From: Elusimicrobiota bacterium
Lineage (GTDB): Bacteria; Elusimicrobiota; UBA8919
Direction: 5' to 3'
Length of the DNA: 64,000 nt
Assembly (NCBI GenBank): GCA_016218625.1
Contig: JACRDL010000065.1
Coordinates: 1,521 to 65,520, forward strand
The notes under the pieces were generated by a model. That model saw only the letters and a list, made by a program, of their open reading frames with translations. It was not told the DNA's origin and did not search any database. Shown here in pieces: positions 38,179-47,191 of this stretch. Each line of letters begins with the position of its first letter. Positions within the stretch are counted from its first letter, which is position 1. The translations under genes and the position numbers were made by a program.

Positions 38179-38619
38179 TCATACCTCTTTTGATATTAAC
38201 GCTTTTGTGGGACAGGAAATTATACATTGCGGTCCTTTTTCATTGTCTTTGCACAAATCACATTTCAAAGCGAGTTTCGTTTGACGAGAAATTGCAGCAA
38301 ACGGACAGACCATTATACACATCCAGCAACCGACACACTTTTCTTCAATATGTTGCGTAGAACCGTCCTCCGCTTTATACATCGCACCTGACATGCACGC
38401 AGAAATACAGGGGGCATCTTCACAATGATGACATGCATCGGAAATTATTATTTCATCAACTGCCTGAACTCTTCTCCTGTGAATAGGAACGGGTTCTTCT
38501 TTTATCGCATTAAAAAGCGTCTTGCTTTTGGAGTGCTCAACCGCACAGGCAAGTTCACAACTTCTGCATCCGAGACATTTTGAAACATCGCAATAAATTT
38601 TTTTCCCTTCATTCAACAT
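38179..38619 (-). CDS. cooF: CooF-like multi-[4Fe-4S] protein
   Basis: CLGCRSCELAC, CHHCEDAPC, CVGCWMCIMVCP, KCDLC...CPT. Confidence 0.88.
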   Translation of the reverse strand: MLNEGKKIYCDVSKCLGCRSCELACAVEHSKSKTLFNAIKEEPVPIHRRRVQAVDEIIISDACHHCEDAPCISACMSGAMYKAEDGSTQHIEEKCVGCWMCIMVCPFAAISRQTKLALKCDLCKDNEKGPQCIISCPTKALISKEV

Positions 38620-38623
38620 GATT

Positions 38624-40531
38624 TTATTCTCCGTACATCATTGGTTTGAGTTTAAGTGCTTCTCTTTTTTTATCTAAATGCTTAACAATCAAGTCCGCTG
38701 CTTTGAGCGGGTCGGACTCAAATGCAAATTTTCCGCCGACGGTATTTTCAATACTATTTATTAGATACTCTGTAAGATTTTTTCCGCCCATAACAGGAAG
38801 CGGTAATCCCAAGACAGTAAATATACCGGAAGCAACGGCATAAAATCCTATGGATACTGCTTTTTCAGACATCCATTCAGGAGCAGCAGCGGCAACGGGT
38901 AAATCAGAAATATCCTCGCCCAAGCCACCCTCTGTTAAAACATTGCAAAGAGTTGTGAGGATTCTTGAAATATCCACACACGCACCCATATGCAAAACAG
39001 GCGGGATGCCGACTGCTTCGCAGATTTCCTGCAGTCCCTTGCCCGCATATTTTTTTGCCGCTTCCGGAACCAACAGACCCGCCTTTGCGGACGCCAGAGC
39101 CGAACAACCGGTTGTAACGACCAGAACATCATTTTTTATCAGTTCCTTCGTAAGTTCAATGTGCGCCCAGTCGTGTTTGATTTTAGGATTATTACAACCG
39201 ACGATTCCAACCGCACCACGAAGTCGACCCGATATAACAGCATCGTTGAGTGGTCTGTAAGTCGCTCTATATTTTCCACCGAGCATCTTAAAAACATATT
39301 CAGAAGTAAAACCGGCAACTAATTCCATTTTTTCCTTCGGGATATTTAAAGATTCTTTTTTTCTGTTTTTATAATTTTCAACCGCCATTCTTACTATTTT
39401 TTTTGCAATCGGCAATGCTTCTTCTTCTGAAAACTCTATGTGTTCAACGCCGGGAAATTTTGCTTTAGGAGAAGTTGAGATAATCTTTGTATGGAAACAA
39501 GTTGCAAGTTTTCCAAGTGCCGGCATTATGCATTGAACATCAACTAACATTAAATCAACCGCACCGGTGATTACAGCGAGTTCCTGCTGTAAGAAATTTC
39601 CTGCAACTGATATGCCATGACGCATCAAAATCTCATTTGCTGTGCAGCAGATACCTGCAAGATTTATACCTTTTGCTCCGTACTTTTTTGCAAGTTCCAA
39701 AAGTTCTTTATCCTGTGATGCAGCGACAATTACATCTGAAAGTGTGGGCTCGTGACCGTGAACTATTATGTTCACCTCATCTTCCTTCAATACGCCGAGG
39801 TTTGAAACCGACCTGACCGGTTCGGGCTGACCGAATAAAACATCCTGCAGGTCGGTTGCTATCATGCTTCCGCCCCAACCGTCACCGAGAGATGTGCGAA
39901 TACCCTGCTGTAAAATATTTTGATAATCATTGTCGACGCCGATATTCGTCCTGTGCATGATTTCAACGACTTCCCTGTCAATTCCCCGCGGGGTGAACCT
40001 GTTTTTTCTCCATATCTCCTGTCTTTTTTTAGGGGCACGACGGGTGAACTGCAATTCGCCGTGCTGCTGGCCGAACTCAGCGAAACATTTTTCTGCTACA
40101 TCGTGCGCGACTTCTTCTATTTTTCTGTTTTCGATTTTCACTTTCAGCTCTTTTGCAAGATTTAAAAGTTTTTCCTTCCCCTTTATTCCGTAGCCCTTGG
40201 TTTTTCCTTCGGAAGTTGTAAGCAATGTATGGGCAACATCTCTGCCGTGGTCAGAATGAGCGGCAGCACCCGCAGCAATCATCCTGACAAGATTTCGCGC
40301 AGCGATAGTATCCGCTGTGGCGCCGCAGATTCCTTCCTGCGGACCTTCGCCGAACGGATCAATCCTACAAGGACCCATAACGCAATTTCTGCAACAAATA
40401 CCCAATTGACCAAAACCGCATTCCGGCTCCATAGTTTCGTGTCTATCAAAAGCAGTGCATATATTTTTATTACAGGCAAGTCCCAGCATTTCTTTCGTTG
40501 CCAAATCAATACTTTTTTCACTATCGCTCAT
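38624..40531 (-). CDS. cooS: Anaerobic Ni-CO dehydrogenase catalytic subunit
   Basis: CGFGQLGICCRNCVMGPC, HGHEP, CCTANE, VDVQC, GCNN, GACVD, EWMSEKA. Confidence 0.97.
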   Translation of the reverse strand: MSDSEKSIDLATKEMLGLACNKNICTAFDRHETMEPECGFGQLGICCRNCVMGPCRIDPFGEGPQEGICGATADTIAARNLVRMIAAGAAAHSDHGRDVAHTLLTTSEGKTKGYGIKGKEKLLNLAKELKVKIENRKIEEVAHDVAEKCFAEFGQQHGELQFTRRAPKKRQEIWRKNRFTPRGIDREVVEIMHRTNIGVDNDYQNILQQGIRTSLGDGWGGSMIATDLQDVLFGQPEPVRSVSNLGVLKEDEVNIIVHGHEPTLSDVIVAASQDKELLELAKKYGAKGINLAGICCTANEILMRHGISVAGNFLQQELAVITGAVDLMLVDVQCIMPALGKLATCFHTKIISTSPKAKFPGVEHIEFSEEEALPIAKKIVRMAVENYKNRKKESLNIPKEKMELVAGFTSEYVFKMLGGKYRATYRPLNDAVISGRLRGAVGIVGCNNPKIKHDWAHIELTKELIKNDVLVVTTGCSALASAKAGLLVPEAAKKYAGKGLQEICEAVGIPPVLHMGACVDISRILTTLCNVLTEGGLGEDISDLPVAAAAPEWMSEKAVSIGFYAVASGIFTVLGLPLPVMGGKNLTEYLINSIENTVGGKFAFESDPLKAADLIVKHLDKKREALKLKPMMYGE

Positions 40532-41322
40532 TTTTCCGCCTCCAGAATGATTTTTATTTTTTCAATCTGACTTAAAATAGAACTATCACATAACAACACC
40601 CCGCGAGCATCTCGCAAATTTTTATTATAACCGATAAAACTTAAAATATCAACCCTGTTAGAGATGTCACACCGTGACACGGTATCTCTAACAGGGTCAA
40701 TCCCATCAACATTTTTTCCTATAAATTCCTCGTCAGTTTTATTCAAAACTTTATTCCCGACGATAAAAACTTTGTTTATTTTCAAATCATAGCAAAGTTT
40801 TTTTATTCTTTTCGCGGTTTCAATGGATTTTATATCGGGTTCTACAATAATTAAAACGGCATCAACTCCTGTTGCCGTTCCACGAGAAAGGTTTTCAATT
40901 CCCGCAGGCATATCCATTATAAGGACTTCGTCTCTTTGAAGAACGAGATGTCCCACGAGCGTTTTAATAAACGCGTTTTCTGGGCAGAAACATCCTGAGC
41001 CGCCTTTCTTAAGCGAACCCATATTTATAAGACGGATATTTTTATATTCGGGGCAGAATTTTTCGGGTATGTCGTCGACTTTCGGATTCATTTTGAAAAA
41101 ACCGTTTTTTGCTTCGGTTCGTTCGTTGATTATATTTTTCATTCCCGATATAGGCGTGATTTTTTCTGCATTGGGAAAATTAAGTGTCTGGGCAAGATTT
41201 GAGTCCGGGTCGCAGTCAGCGGCAATAACCTTTTTTTCTTTTGAAAAAGCAACCGCAATTGCAGCAGCAATTGTGGTTTTTCCGACACCGCCTTTGCCAG
41301 TTACAGCAATTTTTTTTATCAC
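40528..41322 (-). CDS. cooC: CODH nickel-insertion ATPase
   Basis: GKGGVGKT, GSGCFCPEN, DMPAGIE. Start placed at GTG 41322 because the upstream ORF extension is repeat-derived. Confidence 0.92.
   Translation of the reverse strand: MIKKIAVTGKGGVGKTTIAAAIAVAFSKEKKVIAADCDPDSNLAQTLNFPNAEKITPISGMKNIINERTEAKNGFFKMNPKVDDIPEKFCPEYKNIRLINMGSLKKGGSGCFCPENAFIKTLVGHLVLQRDEVLIMDMPAGIENLSRGTATGVDAVLIIVEPDIKSIETAKRIKKLCYDLKINKVFIVGNKVLNKTDEEFIGKNVDGIDPVRDTVSRCDISNRVDILSFIGYNKNLRDARGVLLCDSSILSQIEKIKIILEAEK
40652..40697. repeat. 46-nt accctgttag...ctaacagggt hairpin in frame within cooC
   Basis: 14-bp inverted repeat accctgttagagat/atctctaacagggt; encodes DPVRDTVSRCDISNRV. Confidence 0.85.
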
Positions 41323-41329
41323 GGTTTTA

Positions 41330-41358
41330 ATTCTATCAAACTGACCGTTATTTGTCAA
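41330..41358 (-). promoter_or_regulatory. Sigma70 promoter of the cooC-cooS-acs block
   Basis: Minus strand TTGACA (41358-41353), 17 nt, TGn-TAGAAT (41335-41330). Confidence 0.72.
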
Positions 41359-41636
41359 GATAAGCCACAGAATGTCACAGAATTTCACAGAATTTTTTTC
41401 TGTGTTCTTTTTCTGTGTGATTCTGTGGCGCTTTTGAAATTCCAATACTACAAGATAGCCACAGAATGTCACAGAATTTCACAGAAGTTTTTTCTGTGTT
41501 CTTTTTCTGTGTGGTTCTGTGGCGCCTTTCAAATTCCGATACTCCAAGATAGCCACAGAATGTCACAGAATTACACAGAATTTTTTTCTGTGTTCTTTTT
41601 CTGTGTGATTCTGTGGCGCTTTTGAAATTCCGATGC
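41356..41636. repeat. Three head-to-tail copies of the ~94 bp gccacagaa...ttctgtggc element
   Basis: Units start at 41356, 41451 and 41545; no unique spacers. Confidence 0.92.
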
Positions 41637-41645
41637 TGTAAAATA

Positions 41646-42476
41646 TCAGGCAATATCTTTTTTAAATAAATATATCATATACCGCAGGTTCTGTCTGAAT
41701 TTTTCAGGGTTAAGTTTTTCGGGGTTTTTATTATGAATATCTTCAGCAATTTTTTTGATTTTCCGTTTGAAAAAAAACTTTGCCATTTTTGTAATTATAG
41801 GGATTTCATCGTGCGCAAGTGAAACAACGGCTTCCGTAATAGGAATTACAAATTTTCTATAATATATATCCCCGATTAAAAGTGTCGGCAAAACATTTTC
41901 GGTAATATCTTCATCTCTAACAATTTTGAAACCGTTTTTTTCCGCTTCATAAAGAAACCGGGATAAAACGGCGCAGTTTCTATAATATCCCGTCGCTTGG
42001 TTTCTAAAATAATCGGATATCAGAAGATAACCGTCTTTATTTAATATACTGTTACATTTTTCAAAAAGATTTTTCAAACTTATGTATTGGGAACTTTCAC
42101 TCATCAATATAAGGTCGTACTTTTTTTCGGCAAAAAATTCTTCAAATTTTGTGAGATGAAACTTAACCGCACCTTTAAATTTTTCATTTATTATTTGTCG
42201 GTTATAAAGGTCAGGGCTCATGCATTCAACATCAGCACCTTTTGAAATAAGTATTTCGGTTGAAATGCCGGTTCCGCAACCGACATCAAGAATTGTCGCA
42301 ACCTCCGACGGAATATAACTCAAAAGTTTTTCGGTATATTTTAATTGAGCACTCTTCAGGTCTTCTATCGTCAAGTTATGCTCGCCTTCAAAATATCCGA
42401 AATGAAATGCAGGAAGACCTAACACTTCCCTGCAAAGTTTTAACGAGTAATCAATTTTTCTATCTTTTGACCGCAT
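41646..42476 (-). CDS. Class I SAM-dependent methyltransferase
   Basis: FHFGYF, ILDVGCGTG, LMSESSQYI; GGAGG before ATG 42476. Confidence 0.85.
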   Translation of the reverse strand: MRSKDRKIDYSLKLCREVLGLPAFHFGYFEGEHNLTIEDLKSAQLKYTEKLLSYIPSEVATILDVGCGTGISTEILISKGADVECMSPDLYNRQIINEKFKGAVKFHLTKFEEFFAEKKYDLILMSESSQYISLKNLFEKCNSILNKDGYLLISDYFRNQATGYYRNCAVLSRFLYEAEKNGFKIVRDEDITENVLPTLLIGDIYYRKFVIPITEAVVSLAHDEIPIITKMAKFFFKRKIKKIAEDIHNKNPEKLNPEKFRQNLRYMIYLFKKDIA

Positions 42477-42506
42477 TTTCAAAAACCTCCTACGAGACAG
42501 TTTTAG

Positions 42507-45500
42507 TTAGAGTAATCTCTTCATGCCTTTTATAGGAATTGTTATCCATTCCGGACGATTATTAATTTCATACCCCAGTTCGTAGACCGCCTTTTCAAGA
42601 ATAAACGCATCCAGCATAATTTTAAGTTCTTCCTTATCCTGCGGAATAAACGGCATCTCTTTTACCGTGTCAAAATACGACCTCAGGAATGCACCCGCTA
42701 CATAGTTATACCACAAAACAGCCCACTGCTCTATTTCAGAAATATTTTCTATTTTAACAGTAGTGTTTTTATTCAGCGAGGTATATGCGGCATAATGAAA
42801 GGAGCGAATCATTCCCGCGATATCCATTAACGGCGATCTTTTAAGTCGTCTTTCGCTTAACGACCGCATAGGTTCGCCTTCAAAATCAATGATAATAAAA
42901 TCATTCCCGGTAAAAAGAACCTGACCGAGATGATAATCACCGTGTATTCTCATCTTTACCGCTGATATTTTTTTATTAAGCAGCGATTTGAATTTACTGA
43001 TTATTTCTTTTTCGGAATTTAATAATTCGGACGCTTCCGCCCTGACGCTCTCCGGCAGATTTTTCTGATTTTTCCTCAGATTTTCAAAAACCTTTTTTGT
43101 GAGACCGCGCATTGACTGATAAAGAGAACGTTGCTCAAGTGCGGAAAACGGCTCCGCGGTAAAATATGGGTCTTGCGTTTTGCAATAAAGTGACAGATGG
43201 AGTTCCGCAGTTCTTTTTCCTAAAAGCCGCACCATCTCAAAATAATCGGCGTCCACGAGCTCGTTGATCAGCGGCGGAATATCAATATGTGCCGCCTCCA
43301 AAATAGAAACGGGTGGCTGCGGCATTTTTTGTACTTCCGTTTTTTTTGCAAGTACTCTCTCGTAATACCTTCCCAGCGAATCTAAAGAATATTTCCATGC
43401 GTTTCCCTCATTTCCGACGACACTCTGAAGCATTCCTATAACTATCGGTTTTAAGCCGGGTCTTCTGTATTCAATTGCTCCTGCGAATAAAGGTGTGTTT
43501 TTGAAGGGCGTTTTTTCGGTGAGGAACTTTCCGATTTCAAGTTCGGGATTTATACCTTCTTCAAGTTTTCTGAAAAGTTTGAAAAACAGTTTGTCTTCAT
43601 ACAGAAACGAAGTGTTGCTCTGTTCTACTCTCAAAACCTGCGATTTTTCAGGCGGGAGCAATTTGCCTGGCTGAAAAAATGTCTTCAAAAACTTTCCCGG
43701 ATACGCTATCAGTTTGCCGTGCAATCCGTCGGCACTGCCTTTTTTTTCAATCATTAAAAGAATATTTTTACGGAACTCCTCATTAAAAGTACCTTCATAT
43801 ATAATTCCGTCTGTATTCTCGCATTTTAATTTTGATATAACCGCCGCGGGATTTTCTTGCATAATCTTTTCCGACTCATTTTTTGATGCGAAACATACCG
43901 GAAGCAGATATGTCTCCGATAGTCCCTCTACATATAAAACTTCCAGGAAAAGCAGGTGTGTAACAGCAGAATTTTTTCCTATCGGTATGTTTTCTAAAAT
44001 TTTTACCGACTGAATTTTTCTCGCCTTTGACCTGAACCACCTGCATCGCTCCAAGTATAAAGGAAGCAGTTCAATCTCAAGAATCCCCCTTCTTTTTTTC
44101 TGCAGAACCGTTTCCCATTTTCCTTCGACGGTTAATTCCGCAATTGTCTGTGCAGTAATTTCGGCAGCATCTTCTTTTTTTCTGAGCACAAACCAAAAAT
44201 AATCATAAAACCCGAGAGTGAAAATATAAGGCGTATCTTTTATCGGCGGAAATCTGTTTCTGCTGAAAACCTCCTGTGGGAAATAGCCGGCAAACTTTGA
44301 AAGGTCAAGTTCAACTGCCTGTGAAAATCTGGACAGGTTAATAACGACAAGCATACTTTCATCCTGATATTTTCTGATAAATGCAAGAACCTTCGGATTG
44401 TCGGAATGCAGAAACTCTATGTCGCCGCGGCCGAACGATTTGAATCGCTTGCGCATTGAGACAATCCTTTTCATCCACCACAGAAGCGACGATTGATTCC
44501 GCTCGCTGTTTTCAACATTTACCGACTCGTAATGATACTCGGGATCTATTATAATCGGCAGATAGAGTTTTTGCGGATTTGCCATGGAAAATCCGGCGTT
44601 TCTGTCGGAGTTCCACTGCATAGGCGTTCTGACGCCGTTTCTGTCGCCGAGATAATAATTGTCGCCCATGCCGATTTCATCTCCGTAGTACATAACGGGA
44701 GTGCCGGGTAAAGAAAAAAGCAAAAAATTCATCAACTCTATTTTTCTTCTGTGATTGGACAAAAGAGGTGCAAGCCGACGGCGAATGCCGAGATTTATCC
44801 TTGCCGAGGAATCCTTTGCATAAACCCTGTACATATAGTCCCGTTCCTCGTCTGTAACCATCTCAAGCGTCAGTTCGTCGTGATTTCTCAGAAAAAGCGC
44901 CCACTGGCAATTTTCGGGTATCCGGGGCGTTTGTTCAAAAATATCAATTATGGGGAATTTGTCCTCCAACCAGATGGACATAAACATTCTCGGCATCAAA
45001 GGAAAATGAAAAGCCATCTGACAGGCATCACCATTTCCGAAATAGGCGGCAGCATCTTCGGGCCACTGGTTTGCCTCGGCAAGAAGCATTTTGTCTTTAT
45101 ATTTACCGTCAACATGCATCCTTAATTTTTTCAGAAACTGATATGTCTCCGGTAAATTCTCGCAGTTTGTCCCCTCTCTTTCATAAAGATACGGCACGGC
45201 ATCCAAACGCATGCCGTCCACTCCCATATCAAACCAGTAATTTATAACTTTCAACATTGCATTTTGAACATGAGGATGAGCATAGTTCAAATCCGGCTGA
45301 TGCGAATAAAAACGGTGCCAAAAATATGCTTTTGCAACAGAATCCCATGTCCAGTTGGACGTCTCAAAATCCTTGAAGATTACCCGCGCATCCTTATATT
45401 TTTCGGCGGTATCGCTCCAGACATAAAAATTTCTAAATTCTGAACCCGGCTTTGATTTCCTTGCTTTTTGGAACCATTCATGCTGGTCGGATGTATGATT

Positions 45501-45824
45501 AAGAACAAGTTCGGTAATAATCCTTATGCCTCTTTTATGCGATTCCTTTAAAAATTCTTTAAAATCTTTTAAGGTTCCGTAATTGGGATGTATGCTAAAA
45601 TAATCGGATATGTCGTAACCGTCGTCCCTTAAAGGCGAGGGATAAAAAGGAAGAAGCCATATAGCCGTTATTCCGAGTTCATCCAGGTAATTAAGCTTTT
45701 TAGTGAGCCCCTTAAAATCGCCGATACCGTCCGCGTTACTGTCATGAAACGCTTTTATATTGAGTTCGTAAATCACGGCGTCTTTATACCACAGGGGTTC
45801 GTTTATAAAATAGTTTTTTTTCAT
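42507..45824 (-). CDS. treS: Trehalose synthase-maltokinase (Pep2/Mak) fusion
   Basis: WYKDAVIYE, DDGYDI, RLDAVPYL, LAEANQW, FLRNHDELTLE; then EQSNTS, IHGDYHLGQVL, DFEGEP, EKAVYE. Confidence 0.95.
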   Translation of the reverse strand: MKKNYFINEPLWYKDAVIYELNIKAFHDSNADGIGDFKGLTKKLNYLDELGITAIWLLPFYPSPLRDDGYDISDYFSIHPNYGTLKDFKEFLKESHKRGIRIITELVLNHTSDQHEWFQKARKSKPGSEFRNFYVWSDTAEKYKDARVIFKDFETSNWTWDSVAKAYFWHRFYSHQPDLNYAHPHVQNAMLKVINYWFDMGVDGMRLDAVPYLYEREGTNCENLPETYQFLKKLRMHVDGKYKDKMLLAEANQWPEDAAAYFGNGDACQMAFHFPLMPRMFMSIWLEDKFPIIDIFEQTPRIPENCQWALFLRNHDELTLEMVTDEERDYMYRVYAKDSSARINLGIRRRLAPLLSNHRRKIELMNFLLFSLPGTPVMYYGDEIGMGDNYYLGDRNGVRTPMQWNSDRNAGFSMANPQKLYLPIIIDPEYHYESVNVENSERNQSSLLWWMKRIVSMRKRFKSFGRGDIEFLHSDNPKVLAFIRKYQDESMLVVINLSRFSQAVELDLSKFAGYFPQEVFSRNRFPPIKDTPYIFTLGFYDYFWFVLRKKEDAAEITAQTIAELTVEGKWETVLQKKRRGILEIELLPLYLERCRWFRSKARKIQSVKILENIPIGKNSAVTHLLFLEVLYVEGLSETYLLPVCFASKNESEKIMQENPAAVISKLKCENTDGIIYEGTFNEEFRKNILLMIEKKGSADGLHGKLIAYPGKFLKTFFQPGKLLPPEKSQVLRVEQSNTSFLYEDKLFFKLFRKLEEGINPELEIGKFLTEKTPFKNTPLFAGAIEYRRPGLKPIVIGMLQSVVGNEGNAWKYSLDSLGRYYERVLAKKTEVQKMPQPPVSILEAAHIDIPPLINELVDADYFEMVRLLGKRTAELHLSLYCKTQDPYFTAEPFSALEQRSLYQSMRGLTKKVFENLRKNQKNLPESVRAEASELLNSEKEIISKFKSLLNKKISAVKMRIHGDYHLGQVLFTGNDFIIIDFEGEPMRSLSERRLKRSPLMDIAGMIRSFHYAAYTSLNKNTTVKIENISEIEQWAVLWYNYVAGAFLRSYFDTVKEMPFIPQDKEELKIMLDAFILEKAVYELGYEINNRPEWITIPIKGMKRLL

Positions 45825-47047
45825 TTTATCAAATCAATTGCTTTTGTAGCGAGCGATAATGTAATGAAAAACCCTGTTAAGTCGGTAATTGTAGTAAGTA
45901 CTGGTCCTGTTGCGACGGCAGGATCAACTTTTATAAACTTCAAAAATAAAGGAATCATTATTCCGACGAAACCCGCTATGTAAATGCTGCAAAACATTGC
46001 AGCACCCGCAACAAGCCCGAAATACGGATTCCATTTCCACAGATATGCCAATAGGGCAACCTCAAGCCCCAAAACGATTCCGGTAATAAATCCGAGAAGC
46101 GACTGCCTTTTAAAAATCTTCCATAAATCTTTGATTGAAATTTTGCCTAATGCAAAACCGCGGACAATAAGAGTTAGCCCCTGAAAACCGGTGTTGCCGC
46201 TCATATCGGAAATAACAGGCATCAAGACAGCAATCGCTACAACCGCCTGAATTGTTCCCTGATAAATCGCCACGACGCTTACAGCGATTACATCTAAAAG
46301 CATATTAAATACAAGCCAAGGTAAACGCTTTTTTATCGCCAAAAAAAACGGTGCGTCAATTGAAAGATCATCGGAAGAAATACCGCTAATTCTAATCAAA
46401 TCTTCCGTCGCCTCTTGTCTTACGGCTCTTGAAACATCGTCGGCGGTGATAATGCCTAAAATACAGTTTTTTTCATCTACAACAGGTATGACAAGAAAAT
46501 TATATTTCTGAAAAAAATTCGCAGTTGCTTCTCTGTCCAATGTATGAGGGACGGAAATAACCGATTTTTTCAAAATATCTCTGATGACGGTCTGAGGCGG
46601 TTTTGTTATCAAATCCCGGAGTGAAAGAACACCCGATAAATGATTTTGGTCGTCAGTTACATAAATATAAAATGCGCGGTTTGTATCAGGCGAGTCCTTT
46701 CTTATTTTGTCTATGACAAATTCAATAGTAACATTTTGATTGAATGCCGAAAACTCAACCGCCATCATTCCGCCGGCAGTATCCTTGCCGTAAAGAAGAA
46801 GTTGCGAAACCTTTCTGGCTTTTTCCGTTTCTATGTTTTCAAGAATTTCCGCCTGTTCTGATTTCGGGAAAATTTCAAGAATGTCCACCAGTTCGTCGGA
46901 AGGCAGACCGTCTACTATATGTGCAATTTCGGAAGGTAAAACTTTTTTGAATATTTTTTTAATCTGCGAACTATCCGCAGACCGCAAAAAATCGCGCCTT
47001 TCCTGAATAGATAAATTTTTTAGATTTGTTATATTATAGTTTTGCAT
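45821..47047 (-). CDS. mgtE: Magnesium transporter
   Basis: TAGGMM, CBS pair, RLPWL, GNTGFQ, DPAVATGPVLTTITD. Confidence 0.93.
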   Translation of the reverse strand: MQNYNITNLKNLSIQERRDFLRSADSSQIKKIFKKVLPSEIAHIVDGLPSDELVDILEIFPKSEQAEILENIETEKARKVSQLLLYGKDTAGGMMAVEFSAFNQNVTIEFVIDKIRKDSPDTNRAFYIYVTDDQNHLSGVLSLRDLITKPPQTVIRDILKKSVISVPHTLDREATANFFQKYNFLVIPVVDEKNCILGIITADDVSRAVRQEATEDLIRISGISSDDLSIDAPFFLAIKKRLPWLVFNMLLDVIAVSVVAIYQGTIQAVVAIAVLMPVISDMSGNTGFQGLTLIVRGFALGKISIKDLWKIFKRQSLLGFITGIVLGLEVALLAYLWKWNPYFGLVAGAAMFCSIYIAGFVGIMIPLFLKFIKVDPAVATGPVLTTITDLTGFFITLSLATKAIDLIK

Positions 47048-47191
47048 ATATCGAGATTGTAGAAAAATCTAACAATCTTTGATGACGGCGATAAAAACAC
47101 CGATGACAGCGATAAATCATCGTCGGTCATCGCTGTAATCTAATTCGTTAATCGCTGTAATCAAGACCGTTGAGGGATTTTTTCAACAGTG

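Noticed and set aside
41356..41636. CRISPR array
   Set aside because: Units are ~94 bp head-to-tail with no unique spacers, and no cas operon is present.
41323..41653. ORF 41375-41653 and the N-terminal extension of cooC
   Set aside because: Both are translations of the tandem repeat, and the extension spans the promoter.
47048..47191. M-box riboswitch upstream of mgtE
   Set aside because: The region is explained by short inverted and direct repeats, and I recognised no riboswitch motif. An Rfam search was not run.
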